Origin: Haliotis rubra
Lineage: Eukaryota
Reading direction: 5' to 3'
NCBI RefSeq assembly: GCF_003918875.1
Contig: NW_025765225.1
Span: 1,550,001 to 1,614,000 of the forward strand
Length of the DNA stretch: 64,000 nucleotides
Shown here: piece after piece, positions 38,276 to 51,715 of the stretch
Position numbering within the stretch: position 1 is the stretch's first letter
Layout: every line of letters begins with the position of its first letter
Program-made: the position numbers and the translations under genes
The notes under the pieces: model-generated
What the model was told of the DNA's origin: nothing
The model's database searches: none
The model's input: only the letters and a program-made list of their open reading frames with translations

Positions 38276-39244
38276 AGGTATGTATGCATGTGTGCAGGCG
38301 TTCATGCGTGCGGACATACATACATACAAACATACATGCCTGCACGTTCTTAGTCTTAATGCTTTAGGATAAGGAACGATATTAATGACGACATTTGTTG
38401 TGACAGTATACTCCCGTCAAGTGCACGTACATAACACATAAAATGTCAAGTTGGTGAACATATTTAATCAAGACTCCTCAAAATAAGAAGACGTCTAGAT
38501 GGGAATATAACTAAGTCATGCTACTCTAGCCCTTTGCTTCATGGAAGATACAAACCAATTCTATCTTTTTAGTAAATACTGTTGATTAAAATCCATACTT
38601 GTTTTTGCAAAAATGAAAGAAACCACATTGGTCTTGTTGCAATGCTCGTTGATTAGAACATGAGAATCTTCCTAATATATACGAATAGAGCATATAAAAC
38701 TGGCTAATGGCCAACATAACTGCCATTTGGGATACAAAATATTGTTTCAGTAAGGAGTATTAATCTCGAGATGTCGGGATTGTGCAATGACACGTAATAG
38801 AATGTATATGTTGCAGGAATAAAAATCTAACGCAGATTGGTTTCAGAGCGAGAAATTCAATTCTATAAATCGTTAATGTCTACATCGAACCACAGAGGAG
38901 GAAAAGACCAAATTTATGATGATTGCTGAGTGTGTTTCGCAATAAAGTATTTTAGAAGGAATACTTAAATAGCTTCCATTAAAAAGTACGCCTAGAGAAA
39001 ACACCTCATCGTTCCGGTATCGTGAAAAAAGTAACTGAGGAATAATAGGTTCTCAAATTCACATACATTCACGTATTAGTATATACCTAACAAAGTGACT
39101 TTAAGAGTATGTAAACATCAATTTAGCCTTTAATCAGTCCTTGTCCCTGGAAGGTTTAACTGAAGTCACGGCATATGTCATATTTCTTAGCCTTTTTAGC
39201 TTTATCGGTTGAAGGTAATGCGAGACAACCATTTACCTATGAAT

Positions 39245-39438
39245 ACACAATGCCATTTAGAAAGTGGTCAGTTGTAACATATGTTATATTTGAGATTACA
39301 CTTTCTCAGTAAAGTACAGATTCTAGTACTTTTGTTGGTTTGAGTCTCATCCGGGATTCGACCCTACACCCTCAGAGTCAGGCACCTAATCGCCAGCACA
39401 CAGAGTCAGCCGCCTAACCTGCTCCGCCACCGCGGCTA
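39245..39438 (-). mobile_element. tRNA-derived SINE family C
   Basis: Minus strand GCCGCGGTGGCGGAGCAGGTTAGGCG (A box) ... GGGTCGAATCCC (B box) ... TGACCACTTTCTAAATGGCA; related pieces at ~30.5 kb and ~54.15 kb. Confidence 0.75.
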
Positions 39439-40367
39439 CCTTTTCATGTAAATTGTGTTGACAGCTGTAGAGTAGGACATGCTTATCCTTTTTGCCAAGC
39501 TCAATTATTTTCAGTGATCTATTTACAATTTACATTGAATCTGTTTCGGGAGATGCTCGGTACTGATTATTTCTGGCCTTGACGTTTAATATTTCTGACT
39601 GTAATACCTCTTCTCTTGAATATCTGATATTTTAATTACTGTTATGCAGTTTCCTGTCCCTTGAGTGCAGTCGCGAAAGAAAATACTCGAAAACTATCTG
39701 GTGTATATTGATATTACTTGTTTTTTCCTATGAGCAAAGTCATAAATTCATGTTTTGAACTCAAATATTCTGCATGTTTTGTGTCTTAAGCAGCATAATG
39801 AAAACCATGGTATGATTTTTGTTTCTATTTTGGAGAAAAACACTCGTTTCACACAAAAACCAACAGAGTCATCTCTAGATAATGATTATTCAGTGCATTG
39901 TAATATTTCTTTATATATGCTCATACAAGCGGATCCTGAATAAATATAATTGAACACCATGGAACTCATCTCCCACCAGTAACGTATGTTGGTCGTATGA
40001 TAATGACCAACATACGTTACTGACCAACATACGTGGTCTGGCTTGGTGACATATGTTTTGCTGATACTGTCAAGCACAGAGTTGTCTGACCCAGACTCGA
40101 TTATAAATAGGCCGGAGTCACAGTTGCGCTATTGTTGAGTGCAAGCAAAAAGCCGCATACTGTGAGTGGGAGACAGCTTTTGTACTTTGGCAAAACTAAG
40201 AATATTCGGTTCATGTCTTCTGAAGGTAGGAACTGAAACTATCATACTAATAGTATTCCCCAGCATACCTAGTTGGCATCTGACATTTTTGCTACTTCGT
40301 TTCCAAGTTCTTGAAAGGCATTTATAAGTTGAGTGAGTGAGTGAGTTTGTCTTGTAAACATGTAACA

Positions 40368-40515
40368 GTGAGTGAGTCTTAGTTTTACGCCGCTTTAAGC
40401 AATAATCCAGCAATATCACGGCGGGGGACACCAGAAATGGGCTTCACACATTGTACCCATGTGGGGAATCTGCGTGATGAGCAAACGCTTTAACCACTAT
40501 TCTACCCCACCGTCC
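40368..40515 (-). mobile_element. SINE family A
   Basis: Reverse complement of consensus, small internal deletion. Confidence 0.85.
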
Positions 40516-40525
40516 TGGACAAACA

Positions 40526-40702
40526 TGAATACATGACACATTTGTATGGATAACAACTTATTTTTATTCTTTATACGACGTTCCAAAGCTAATTCTTGCT
40601 CCTTCTGATCATTCAGTTGATGAAGAAACAAGAATTAGCTCTGAAACGTCGTATAAAGAATAAAAGAAGTTGTTATCCATACAAATGTGTGTCATGTGTT
40701 CA
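40526..40702. repeat. ~80-bp inverted repeat made of two Penelope-type pLTR/hammerhead copies
   Basis: Arms 40526-40605 and 40622-40702; plus arm TTGATGA AGAAAC..GCTCT GAAAC GTC followed by AATAAAAGAAGTTG. Confidence 0.75.
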
Positions 40703-42905
40703 AACTTCGTTTCCATTTGATTAAAATTGTCTAATTGCTGAATATTATTCAATAGGACATACATTTTCAGCTAATCCTTTACTACTACAAACAGGCACAG
40801 CAGTCATATGTACAACGGTATAAGGCACATGTTTACCATGCTGGTCCTGTTGTATAGCACAGGAATAGATCTGTGTTGCCGGTGGCGTAGTGTTGTATGT
40901 TGGGACAGCAGGAATGTAATCACTCTTTGATCACTCGGTAATTACACTTTATCAACTTCATCAAGAGGATGAGGGAACGAGACAGGAAACGATGGTCAAC
41001 ACGATAGCTCCAGCAGGTGGATGACGTAGATGGAGTGGAGTGAATGAGTGAGTGAGTCTATGCAAATGTGTCATAATGCAGTATTTCTGAAACATATTGC
41101 ACAGGGAATGAAAGAAGGATGAAGATCCACGAAAACTAAAGTAAACACGATCTTAGCATATTGACAACACTCCTGAATTTAATTGCTATGAAAATTCGTT
41201 AATGTCTTCATACTTAAGAGGAAATGGAAATTGTTTCAATTTAAATTTGTACCGTACCATCCTAGCAGATTCTTACATTTTACATTTGATTGAATACAGC
41301 AAGGTCAAAACAGCACTAGATACTTAAATAGATACTTAAATATGCTCTAACCTTTACGCCAACGGACTGGAGTCAATATTTTAAATCTTCTAAATTTACA
41401 TTCTAAAACTTATTTTCCTTCTCAGTGTGTATATTTATATTTATCGTGATTAGACCCACACTCCCACGGATATTGACTCAGCCTCAGACACATCTGACGA
41501 TCTGTGACCTGCTTAGTGACTTTCAATGTGCCAATGGTATTTGTGACCTCTTCCAACCACTTTCTAACATCGTTTGTTCTAGTTACACCTGCCACTTTGC
41601 TCGCGAGGCATTAGGCACTTTGAGAATCTAGTTATCTTAAGAACTATTTCCTGAATTCAAATGCTTGTACTAAACTCTAGCAGGTGAAGTTCAAAATCAA
41701 ATCGTCCAAAATAACAGAACATATTCTAATAATGGTTATTAGAAATATTTGTGTTTAAGCAGAATTTTCAAACAAGAGACTGTCATTGATTTTTAGTAAT
41801 CCATTCATACAATTTTCACCACTAATTTGCCGTTTATGACCAAGGAAGCTGTTTCCAAGTGTCCTGTTTGAAAGAAGATAGAGTCTGGTTGTTCTATGGT
41901 GCTGACGTTTACTGTTTGCATATTTCTCGGTTTGTTTCCGTATCCCTCCTATCGAAAAATGTAAATGAAAGCGACAAATTATAGAATCGTTGAGTTCCCT
42001 CAAATAACAAAGGAACGTCGAGTGATGTATATTATCCTACTGCCATATCTATTTCTTGTTTAAAACCACTCTCAGCAATGTTCCAGCCATATGACGGCAG
42101 TCTGTAAATCAGCTGGACCTTCGAGTGTTATTATGACTACCGGACCGCACAATCTGGTAGCGATGAAGTCGCCATAAGTGTCTGTCTCAATTGCAATAGA
42201 GTCGTGATTTACAATATTCAGTTGGACGGTTCCCAACATTGGAACAGTGTATAAACAAAGACTCTGCTGGGAGATCACTGAACCCCTGGAAAACAAAACT
42301 AGACTTGTCAAAACTTCGACGCTAAAAGGTTATTTCATAGTATACCTCGATTTCCCATACATCCTGCATTGCGGAAACTATTAAACCCATTGTAGATGTA
42401 TAGAAAAATCTGGAGAAACGACCTTGTTTGATATATAGTCAAGTTTTATTGACTTATTTGTGAATCCGGTAAGCTGAGAGACTTAACGTAATCAAATCAC
42501 GATTCCCATCACATACTGGTCACCCTCGAGTCTCAAGAGCATTCGTCCTCACTTCACCTGAAATATTTTTCCCAAACACCACCATCCAACATCAGTGATA
42601 CATAATTGGCCATTAGTCGTTCACTGGAAACAGCATACTATTGTTAATAAAGCACCTTTGTCAAGAACATGTCCGTCATTAAAGTATGAAACACACATGT
42701 GACCTCCTCAGTGGTCGCAAATGTGATAACGGATGAACATTGTGCATTACTTGTAGCTTACAGTGAGTTTGATTGCGTTGTTGATGAACAGTAGCTAAAC
42801 GCGGGGATTAAAAGTAACGCTAGAACTGTTAAGGTTTTATATACATATCTGAAAACTGTCTGATGAATTAGTACCAAGTAGGTTTTACTGTGGCAGCATC
42901 AGCAC

Positions 42906-43122
42906 GATGTGAGACATATATTGTATGTCCATCACCCGTGACCATGACCTTTAAGTCTCAGTTAGGTATATGTATAAGAAAAGGTTACCCACCTTTTAAG
43001 TGCAGTCATTAAATGTCATCAAATGTGAGACATATGTTGTATGTCCATCACCCTTGACCATGGCTTTTAAGTCTCAGTTAGGTATATGGTACCCACCTGT
43101 TAAGTGGAGTCACTAAATGTCA
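42906..43122. repeat. Tandem duplication, 2 x ~105-115 bp
   Basis: ATGTGAGACATAT.TTGTATGTCCATCACCC.TGACCATG...TTTAAGTCTCAGTTAGGTATATG...AAATGTCA occurs twice. Confidence 0.85.
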
Positions 43123-43719
43123 CACAAAACTTCATATTGTTGAAAATGTCAACATTACCGTTTTGATATTCTTAATTTTATAAGGTGTGTCATTTTATAT
43201 GGATGTGTATAATTAATATTTTAGTTTTGACATTGTAACTGGTAACATACGAGGAATATTGGAATATACGGACTGATTGAGAACTCTCATATGTTCATAG
43301 GTACTGGAATAGCCTACAAGCGCGTTGTAAAAATAATCGACTGGTCGTGTTCCCCCAAACCCTAGAGTGAATGGGTGGATAAGGCGTTACCAAGTGTTTT
43401 GAACCGATCCCGTTAGTCGGCTCTTACAACAAACACGGGCTGCTGAGGATAATTTTTAACAGGGATCTTCACAGGTCCATGCGGTAGTAAACATAATTTC
43501 TTTTAATATAGGATTTTCCCAAAACGCTGATCTTCCTTTTCACGAATCACGGTCTACTCTTGGCATAGTTACAGTTAAAATATTCTGTAATAAAATATAC
43601 TGCCCGGTCAAATGGCCTATATGACACTCAAATCACCACATACATATAAAAATAAGGAACAGACTTCTACTGTTTGATCACAAATTAATAACCTTTAGTT
43701 ACAGTGAAATATATCAGAG

Positions 43720-43893
43720 AGTGGATGAGTGAGTATGGTTTTATGCCACTTTTGAGCAATATCCCAGCAATATCATAGTGATGAACACTAGGTGGGTTTC
43801 ACACATTCTAAGTTCTAAGCATGTTGGGAATCGAACCCGGGTCTTCAGCGTGTCGAGCGGGCGCTTTAACAATTAGGCTATCCCAACGTCCCA
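43720..43893 (-). mobile_element. SINE family A, diverged
   Basis: Reverse complement of consensus. Confidence 0.8.
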
Positions 43894-44063
43894 AATTATA
43901 TCAGAAACATATGACCCACTAAGATATTGGTACAAAGGTTAATATTAGGAAGATATATGTACTAAAATCTTTCCGATATTCCACGGTTTGGTAATAATCA
44001 AAACGTGATGTCAGTCTGAAAAGATGTACATGGTCCAAAGTCAAGAAGAGACATCTGTGATTA

Positions 44064-44198
44064 GGTGAGTTGAGTTTTACGCCACTTTTAGCAATATTCC
44101 AGCAATATCACGACGGGGGACACCAGCTTCACACATTGTACCCATGTGGGGAATCGAACCCGGATCTTCGGTGTGACGAGTGAACGCTTTAACCACTG
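44064..44198 (-). mobile_element. SINE family A
   Basis: Reverse complement of consensus. Confidence 0.85.
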
Positions 44199-44336
44199 CA
44201 GTGCATATTTAATATGCCTACTCAACCAGTTTAGTATGTGTCAGCTATAAATATACACTGGAGTCTACACACACATGTACCAACGCGAGATCAGCTACAA
44301 TCTGAAAGTAGTAAGGTAAGATCACATAAGGAAATA

Positions 44337-45709
44337 TACTCTCCCAAAAAGGAAACACATATAGGAATTTCAAGTGTATTTTTATGATTATTTTGAAACA
44401 TCTTGTAGGCTTTATGAATCAATGAAATATAGCGAAATTGCACACTGGGAATGCAATTTCGCTATATCAACTCGACCGATGAAAGTCAGTTTGAGTGTCA
44501 CATGGAGACGTGTGGTGGCGCTGAAGTCAATACCTCGTGTGACCACCGTGGGCATCCAGAACTGCATGGCATCGCCTTGGCATCGAACGAATAAGTCTCA
44601 GAATCTCGTGTTGCCCAATCGCAGCCCACTCTGCCTGTAGTGCCTGTGCGAGTTGCTGAAGTGTCTGGGGCTGAGGGTTACGGCGTCGCACCCGTCTGTC
44701 CAGGGCATCCAACAGATGTTCGATCGGGTTTAAGTCCGGTGATCTTGAGGGCCAGGGGAGCACATTGATGTTGTGGTTCTGGAGGAAGTCTCTAGTGTGA
44801 CGTGCTGTGTGGGGCCTGGCATTGTCCTGTTGAAACAACTCCCTCTGGCGATCAATGATTGGACGGAGGTGTGGGCGTAGGATTTCGTCACAGTACCGTT
44901 GAGCTATCAGGTTGCCCTGGATCATCACCAAATCACTTCTCCTACCGCAGGTGATCGCTCCCCACATCATAACACTGCCCCAGCCGAATCTGTCCACCTG
45001 GGGAACGCAAGCGTCGGCGAAATGTTCACGTCGACGTCTGTACACCCGCATTCTTCCATCGCGTCGTTCCAGTAGAAATCGTGATTCATCACTGAACCAG
45101 ATTCTACGCCAATTCGGTAGGTTCCAGGCCTGAACGTTGGTGCACCATTGAACTCGATGTCGACGATGTCGTTGTCGAAGCACAGGGCCAAAATAAGGTC
45201 TTCTGGCACGTTAACCAGCCTCTCTCAACCTTTTCCTGACGGTCTGTGCAGACAGCCTCCTTAATCCGGGTATTTGTCGAGCGGTACTGGTCGCCGTAGC
45301 ATTCATGCGTCCGGCAAGTGCACGTTGAGACTGGCCAGCTTCAAGCAAACCAATGGCGATATGTCGGTTGGCTTCCCTTAGACGTGGCATTTTGCGTTCG
45401 TCAACAATATTCCAAATATAGTGAATAATCGACAGACAGCGATCAACCTTTTATACCCATCATTGAGACTATCTGATCCCCAACTTTCACGTGCATTGCA
45501 TGTGAATTGTGTGTTCTGTGACACTACACGCCGAAAGTGAAAATCATGTTGTTAAATACGGGTATTTTACGGATGGTGCGTTTTGTTTCAAAACATAAAC
45601 ACCATAGGACTCATAAACAGAGCAAAACCTTTTGTAAAATGAATCACGTTTTATTTCATTGCTACATGACATTGCTATTTTCGTGATGCGTTTCTTTTTT
45701 GGGAGAGTA
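44337..45709 (-). mobile_element. Tc1-family (DD34E) transposon with both TIRs and TA TSD
   Basis: TA|TACTCTCCCAAAAAGGAAAC ... GTTTCTTTTTTGGGAGAGTA|TA. Confidence 0.95.
44527..45390 (-). pseudogene. Tc1 transposase with premature stop and in-frame N-terminal deletion
   Basis: ATG at 45390: MPRLREANRHIAIGLLEAG...; TAA at 45211-45213; catalytic WFSDESRF, QQDNARPH, SPDLNPIEH with 34-aa D-E spacing. Confidence 0.9.
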
Positions 45710-46676
45710 TATATTTATCTGCATTGGAATAAAATATTCAGCAAATACAAACATCACAGTGTGTTACGAAACCTCGCCGTTATCTCTTAATTGGTAATAA
45801 AGTATATTTATTTTCAGATTGGAGGGAAGCTATACTTGTTACTTTATATTCTGTTTTCGACAAGAAATTAGATTAAGTAATATTGCCACTTTTGAACAAT
45901 TAATCCGTTCAAGTTATCTTTGATACGTTGTACAAAACACTAAAGTCCCATGAGATTGGAGAAACCATTACAGCTCACGAACAACAAAGGGACATTGGTT
46001 GACTTCATCAAGCCAGAACTGAAGTTCAACGACATGCACTACACTCCAACAGTTAATTAGCATGGCGTGATGACCTACGGTAATCTATTGCTATTAATCT
46101 AATACGTTGGAGGGATTCACTACACTCATCACACCCTAAAGGTGGGGTCATTCAAGGGGCATATACTTTCCGTACCCATTGAATGATGCAGTGTATAAAT
46201 GCACTGAGCTACTATAAGAGGGTGTGTATGATTGTGTACAGCTTACCAAGTACCTTTATTGATGTTCCTGTCTATGGTATTGCTACAGGATTGATTTGAC
46301 TTTATCATATACTGCGCACACAGAACAATGTACTGCCTGGAACTTGCTACTTGGAAGAATTTTGAAATATTTCAGGAACCCTGTTGACATTATAAATAAA
46401 TTGATAATTTCGTTAATGTACCGTGTGGATTTTCACATATTTTATAGATGGCCTAATTAAACCCTATTATATTTATCATGCTTTTCTTTGTTTGAGCTTC
46501 AAAGTTTTGAATTAAACTTTTACTTTAATTTCAGTTAATGTAACGTTTCAGGTACTCATGTAAGCCCTTATTTGAAAGGCAAAAAAGTTTACCTTGCAGG
46601 GACACAACACTATTCACGGATAGGCCGTAGATTGTTCTTCATAACCTCAACACATCCCTTGGAATTCTGTTACGGA

Positions 46677-46840
46677 AGGGCGGTCGAGTAACCTTGTGGT
46701 TAAAGCGTTTGCTCGTCACGCCTAAGACCCAGGTTCGACTGACCACATTTGTACAATGTGTGAAGCCCATTTCTGGTGTCCCCCACCGCGATATTGCTGT
46801 AATATTATAAAAGCGGCGTAAAACTAAAACTCACTCACTC
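46677..46840 (+). mobile_element. SINE family A
   Basis: Consensus match with (ACTC)n tail. Confidence 0.85.
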
Positions 46841-47480
46841 TGCTGTTGATATATCCACTTTCTGATCTAATAACTGTCAGAACTATACCGAAACAAAATT
46901 ATATTCAATATTAAGCGGTTCATTTAAAAATAAAGTTCACCCTGTCGAACGATGTGAAATTTACTTCCTTTAAATACGTATTTTCAAGTTTAAGAGACAC
47001 CAATTTGACTGTGACGCACATTCCAAACGATTAACTTTACCACTGACATTGGCGAGTATGTTCTACACGCTTAGGCGAGTTCCACTTCTTACGTTGTTTC
47101 CATTCCATAAACATACACAACTCATTATTTATCAACGAGTGTTAATTTGTAATGCAACATCAGAAAAGGCTTTAAGTCACTAGACGTTTTAGTATAGTTT
47201 GAACTAGAAACGGTCTCAGAAGGTTAGTTTATTTTTTATACATGTATATCGTTCAGTATAACTATTTCATGTAATGCCAATGTGTAAATATGTGTTGTAA
47301 TGAAACCTTGTTTGAAAAAGAAAAGTTAATTTATTGTCAGACGTGAAATGTAGTTCCAGTGAAGAATCGGATAAACGTTAAAAGGAGAAGTTTACACTTT
47401 GATAATGCCACTTTTCTATGTTTTTATAAAAAAATGAACTGGACATGTGATAAACGTTTGTTAGCCGTTTAGTGCGGAAC

Positions 47481-47660
47481 TGAGTGAGTTTAGTTTTAAG
47501 CCGCACTCGGCAATATTCCAGCTATATGGCGGTCGTCGGTAAATAATCGAGTCTGGACCAGACAATCCAGTGATCAACAGCATGAGCGAGTCAGCGAGTC
47601 TGACCACCCGATCCCGTTAGTCACTTCTTACGACAAGCATGGTTTGCTGAAGACCAAGGA
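47481..47660 (-). mobile_element. SINE-like family B, internal deletion
   Basis: Consensus match. Confidence 0.85.
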
Positions 47661-47674
47661 TAACCGGCCAATCC

Positions 47675-48237
47675 AATGACATTTCTCATCATAGTAAATG
47701 GCCATATGACATACTTCATCATAGTAAATACCCATATGACATACCTCATCATAGTAAATACCCATATGACATACTTCATTATAGTAAATACCCATATGAT
47801 ATACTTCATTATAGTAAATACCCATATGACATACTTCATCATAGTAAATGCCCATATGACATACTTCATCATAGTAAATACCCATATGACATACTTCATT
47901 ATAGTAAATACCCATATGACATACTTCATTATAGTAAATACCCATATGATATACTTCATTATAGTAAATACCCATATGACATACTTCATCATAGTAAATG
48001 CCCATATGACATACTTCATCATAGTAAATACCCATATGACATACTTCATCATAGTAAATACCCATATGACATACTTCATCATAGTAAATACCCATATGAC
48101 ATACTTCATCATAGTAAATGCCCATATGACATACTTCATCATAGTAAATACCCATATTACATACTTCATCATAGTAAATACCCATATTACATACTTCATC
48201 ATAGTAAATACCCATATGACATACTTCATCATAGTAA
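47675..48237. repeat. Minisatellite, 30-bp unit, ~19 near-identical copies
   Basis: CCCATATGACATACTTCATCATAGTAAATA. Confidence 0.97.
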
Positions 48238-49254
48238 CTGTGTGGATGACATTTTCAAATTTATGCATTCGTGACAAACATAATGGTATTTTGCTTGTAC
48301 TATAATATTGTAACCATGAACAAATGACTTGTCTGTGCATGTATTTCAGACTATTGTCATCGGTGTAGCAGGATACGCTAACCTTTTTACGAGAGCTTGT
48401 ATCATCACTATTTGAATTAGCCACTGTGAACAATAAATCGTCGGTAGCATTGAACCATTGCTATGGAGATATTGTCAGCAGGGCTGATCCATAGCAATGT
48501 CTATACATGGTCAGTAGGTTTTAGCCATAGCGATATGTAGACATCGTTAGCAGCAATGTCAGTAGCAAGTTATTAAGACGAACATACGTATCCAAGACAA
48601 CAAGACAGCAAGAAATCTCTGCTGAAAGCAGAATCCATTCCTAATGCTTAAGCATGTGGTTAACAATCACTATCTAATACATCAGGTGTTCGCCGCGAAA
48701 TTGAATACATCAAAATCATGATCAATATACAAGCGTGCTCTGAAGCTTCACTGACATGATTAAAAATCTTGATTAAACTGCAGGTAGACTGAAGTAAATA
48801 ATTGACTGGTGACTACTAATACTGGGGTTTCATCATCAGTATGCATTTACCTTCGTTGAAGACAGAAACAGCCTTCAGCAGTGGGGATTGTCGTATGATA
48901 TGTTAAACGCAACCACAAACTAGCCACATAACGCATGCCATCAAATTAACAAACTAGTATTTGCTGCTCGTGAGTTTCAACATTTATGTCACTTCCCAAA
49001 AAAGTATGATCATTCAAACAACTCTCACTTGATTGAAAAAGACAAAATATACTGAAAATCATATATAACTTTCCTTGTGAGCATTTTATTGAATTGAGGT
49101 TGTTTTAAAGTACACAATTCAGATTTCTTTTTCTTGGAAGATTGTAGGCTACAAAGGTATTTAATTTAACGGTTTTAACGTTTTTTTCTCTCAATGTTTT
49201 TGAAGATAAAGATGTTGCAGTGAGATTCAAACAGTTTCACTGGCTCATGGAGAC

Positions 49255-49415
49255 GAGTGAGTATGGTTTTACGCCACATTTAGCAATATTCCAGCAACAT
49301 CACGGTGGGGGACACCAGAAATGGGTTTCACACATTGTACCCATGTGGGGAATCGAACCCGGGGCTGCTGCGTGACGAGCGAACGGTTTAACCACTAGGC
49401 TACCTCAGCGTCCCC
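49255..49415 (-). mobile_element. SINE family A
   Basis: Reverse complement of consensus; flanking CATGGAGA direct repeat (TSD). Confidence 0.9.
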
Positions 49416-49840
49416 CATGGAGATGGTAATGGCGCCATTCCACTCTTGTAGTTAACAAAAGAAGAACACGGAACTATCATTTTGTTCATGATTGTCTTTA
49501 ACCTGTTTCCAATATTTGCTCAAAAGTTTTGAAAAGAACTTGCCTGGTATGAAATGTGAATAAACAAACACACAAATATCAACATGAATCATTAGGCAAC
49601 TTGAACAACATTATATATGAAACAAGTTATGCTGAATATGTTTTTGTTATTAGTTATATATAATTTCTATCTTTGTCTATTCTTATATCAGATCAATATC
49701 TCAAGATTGTTGAGGGTTTTATCGACGCGTGTTGGTATGTTTGACACGAGCGTGAGGTTCATTCTTTCACACATTCAGTCTGAATATAGTTACCTTGAGT
49801 GAAGTACAACAAAGCAGTTTCAGTGATGGAAAGATAAAGG

Positions 49841-50020
49841 ATAATGATGATAATGATAATGAATTTATATAGCGCCTGTTTCCAAAAAGTATTTGCTCAA
49901 CGGCGCTGAAGAAGAAAGACTATGAGAGGTATGCTGTAAACAGATGGGGTTTTAGTTTTTTTTGAAAGAGTCTAAACAGTTGATTTCTCCTATAGTGATA
50001 GGGAGGCTGTTCCAGAGTAA
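49841..50020 (-). mobile_element. L2-clade LINE 3' end
   Basis: Minus strand LWNSLPITIGEINCLDSFKK/LKPHLF, then GCGCTATATAAAT and a (CATTAT)n tail. Confidence 0.75.
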
Positions 50021-50782
50021 CCTTGTGTTGCTATTTGATTGCGACGCCAAGGCAACCGATTATGTCACAATGGTCTGGAAATTAAACATTGGAATTTATT
50101 GCAGCGATATCACTTTGGGATTATCGCCTGATATCAAATAAGCGATCTCCCGTTAAAGCCAGTTTTGAATGATGAATGATTGAATACAACCAACTTGTCC
50201 AAATTGTCTTTCCTTGTCCCTCAGGGCAAACCTGCCATTTGAAGAAAAAAGAACAACATTCAAAAGAATTCCCGATGGTTGGGAGTTGTCTGAGAACATT
50301 TTTCGCACACTGTGTTTGTAGACTGAAGATTAAGGACATTAGTATTGGAAATCTTGTACATTATTTACCAATGAACCAGCTTGGTGACGAAGATCTATAC
50401 GTTCTGTAGTTTGAGGATATGAGAAAGATATAATTTATAAAGCAGTTTATTTCGAGTTAGCGATATCGTAGTTGTGTCATCTGGCAATGTCTCAAGATAG
50501 TTCAGATTATTTCACTCGGCATCAAATGTGAGAAATCGAACTAGACATTGTTCGTTTGATGTTGAATATATCTTCTATTTTGCCCTGAACCTGTCATAGT
50601 TCTCACTGACACATTCACAAGACTATCTGCAAACTGTTCCCTTTGCTATTAACCATCGATCACGCCGTGTAGTTAAGGATTTAGTTTGTTTACACTAAGA
50701 GTGTACCGTGCTAAATATGTATATTCTAAACAGATTGTGTCCATTATTGAATTATCTCTTGTCATTTCGGTAAAACTGTAAC

Positions 50783-50947
50783 AGTGAGTGAGTGAGTATG
50801 GCTTTACGCCGCTTTTAGCAACATTCCAGTAATATCACAGCAGGGGACACAAGAAATGGGCTTCTCACATTGTACCCATGTAGGGGAATCGAACCCGGGT
50901 CTTCAGCGTGACGAGCGAACGCTTTAACCACAATGCTACCCCACAAC
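50783..50947 (-). mobile_element. SINE family A
   Basis: Reverse complement of consensus. Confidence 0.9.
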
Positions 50948-51715
50948 CTTTAACGCTGGACACATGCATGCTGCCCAGAAGTACAAAGTGTAAGAACTAT
51001 GTAGGCGAGAACCGCCAAGAAATTAAAATGAGTAATTTCTTCCCCTTAGAAAATAAGCCTCGGCAACAATCAATAAACAAAATAAAATGTATTTTACGAA
51101 TTAATTTAACTTAAAAAAAACGAAACAGTGTCTGGACATTGCATAAATGCATGTATATACAGTATTATAAAATCTATAATCACATTTGATAATAATGATC
51201 CCTTCTGCAAAGAAGCCTGTGTCGACAAACTATCGTAACACACTGGGAGACGTGACAGGTAGAAGGAGATGACGCTAAATATTCGTTTGTTAACACGGTT
51301 TCCTCGTAGGAAGTGCTTTCATCCTACGTGTATCACTTATCTCAGTGGTATAAAGGAAGAAGAACAAGCTTTTAGATGGTAAATTAACCACCCTGTATTT
51401 TGTAAAGCCGGAACTCTAACTGATCACGACGATAACCTGTACCAAATTTAATATTTTCTTCTTGCTCACAACGTCTGATATTGTTTGGCGGAAATCTTTC
51501 CGTGGTTCTGTAACACGTAACGAAATACCATCGTTTTCCGCCTTGTTTTATACAGCAGTGAAGGGCAACAGGATTACTTCCCCTATTCCTCATGTCACAT
51601 GGGTTTCGGTTTTCATGTTGCTGGTTTTAAGTCATATGTCTTCAATGAAACTAGTGTTTCCGTATTCCCTATTTTATGGGGTTTACATGTCTCACACAAT
51701 CACTTTATCAGAACA

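Noticed and set aside
47621-48433. Long repetitive ORFs (270, 195, 209 aa) and CRISPR-like periodicity
   Set aside because: A 30-bp tandem unit is open in several frames on both strands by arithmetic; no unique spacers, no cas genes, eukaryotic context
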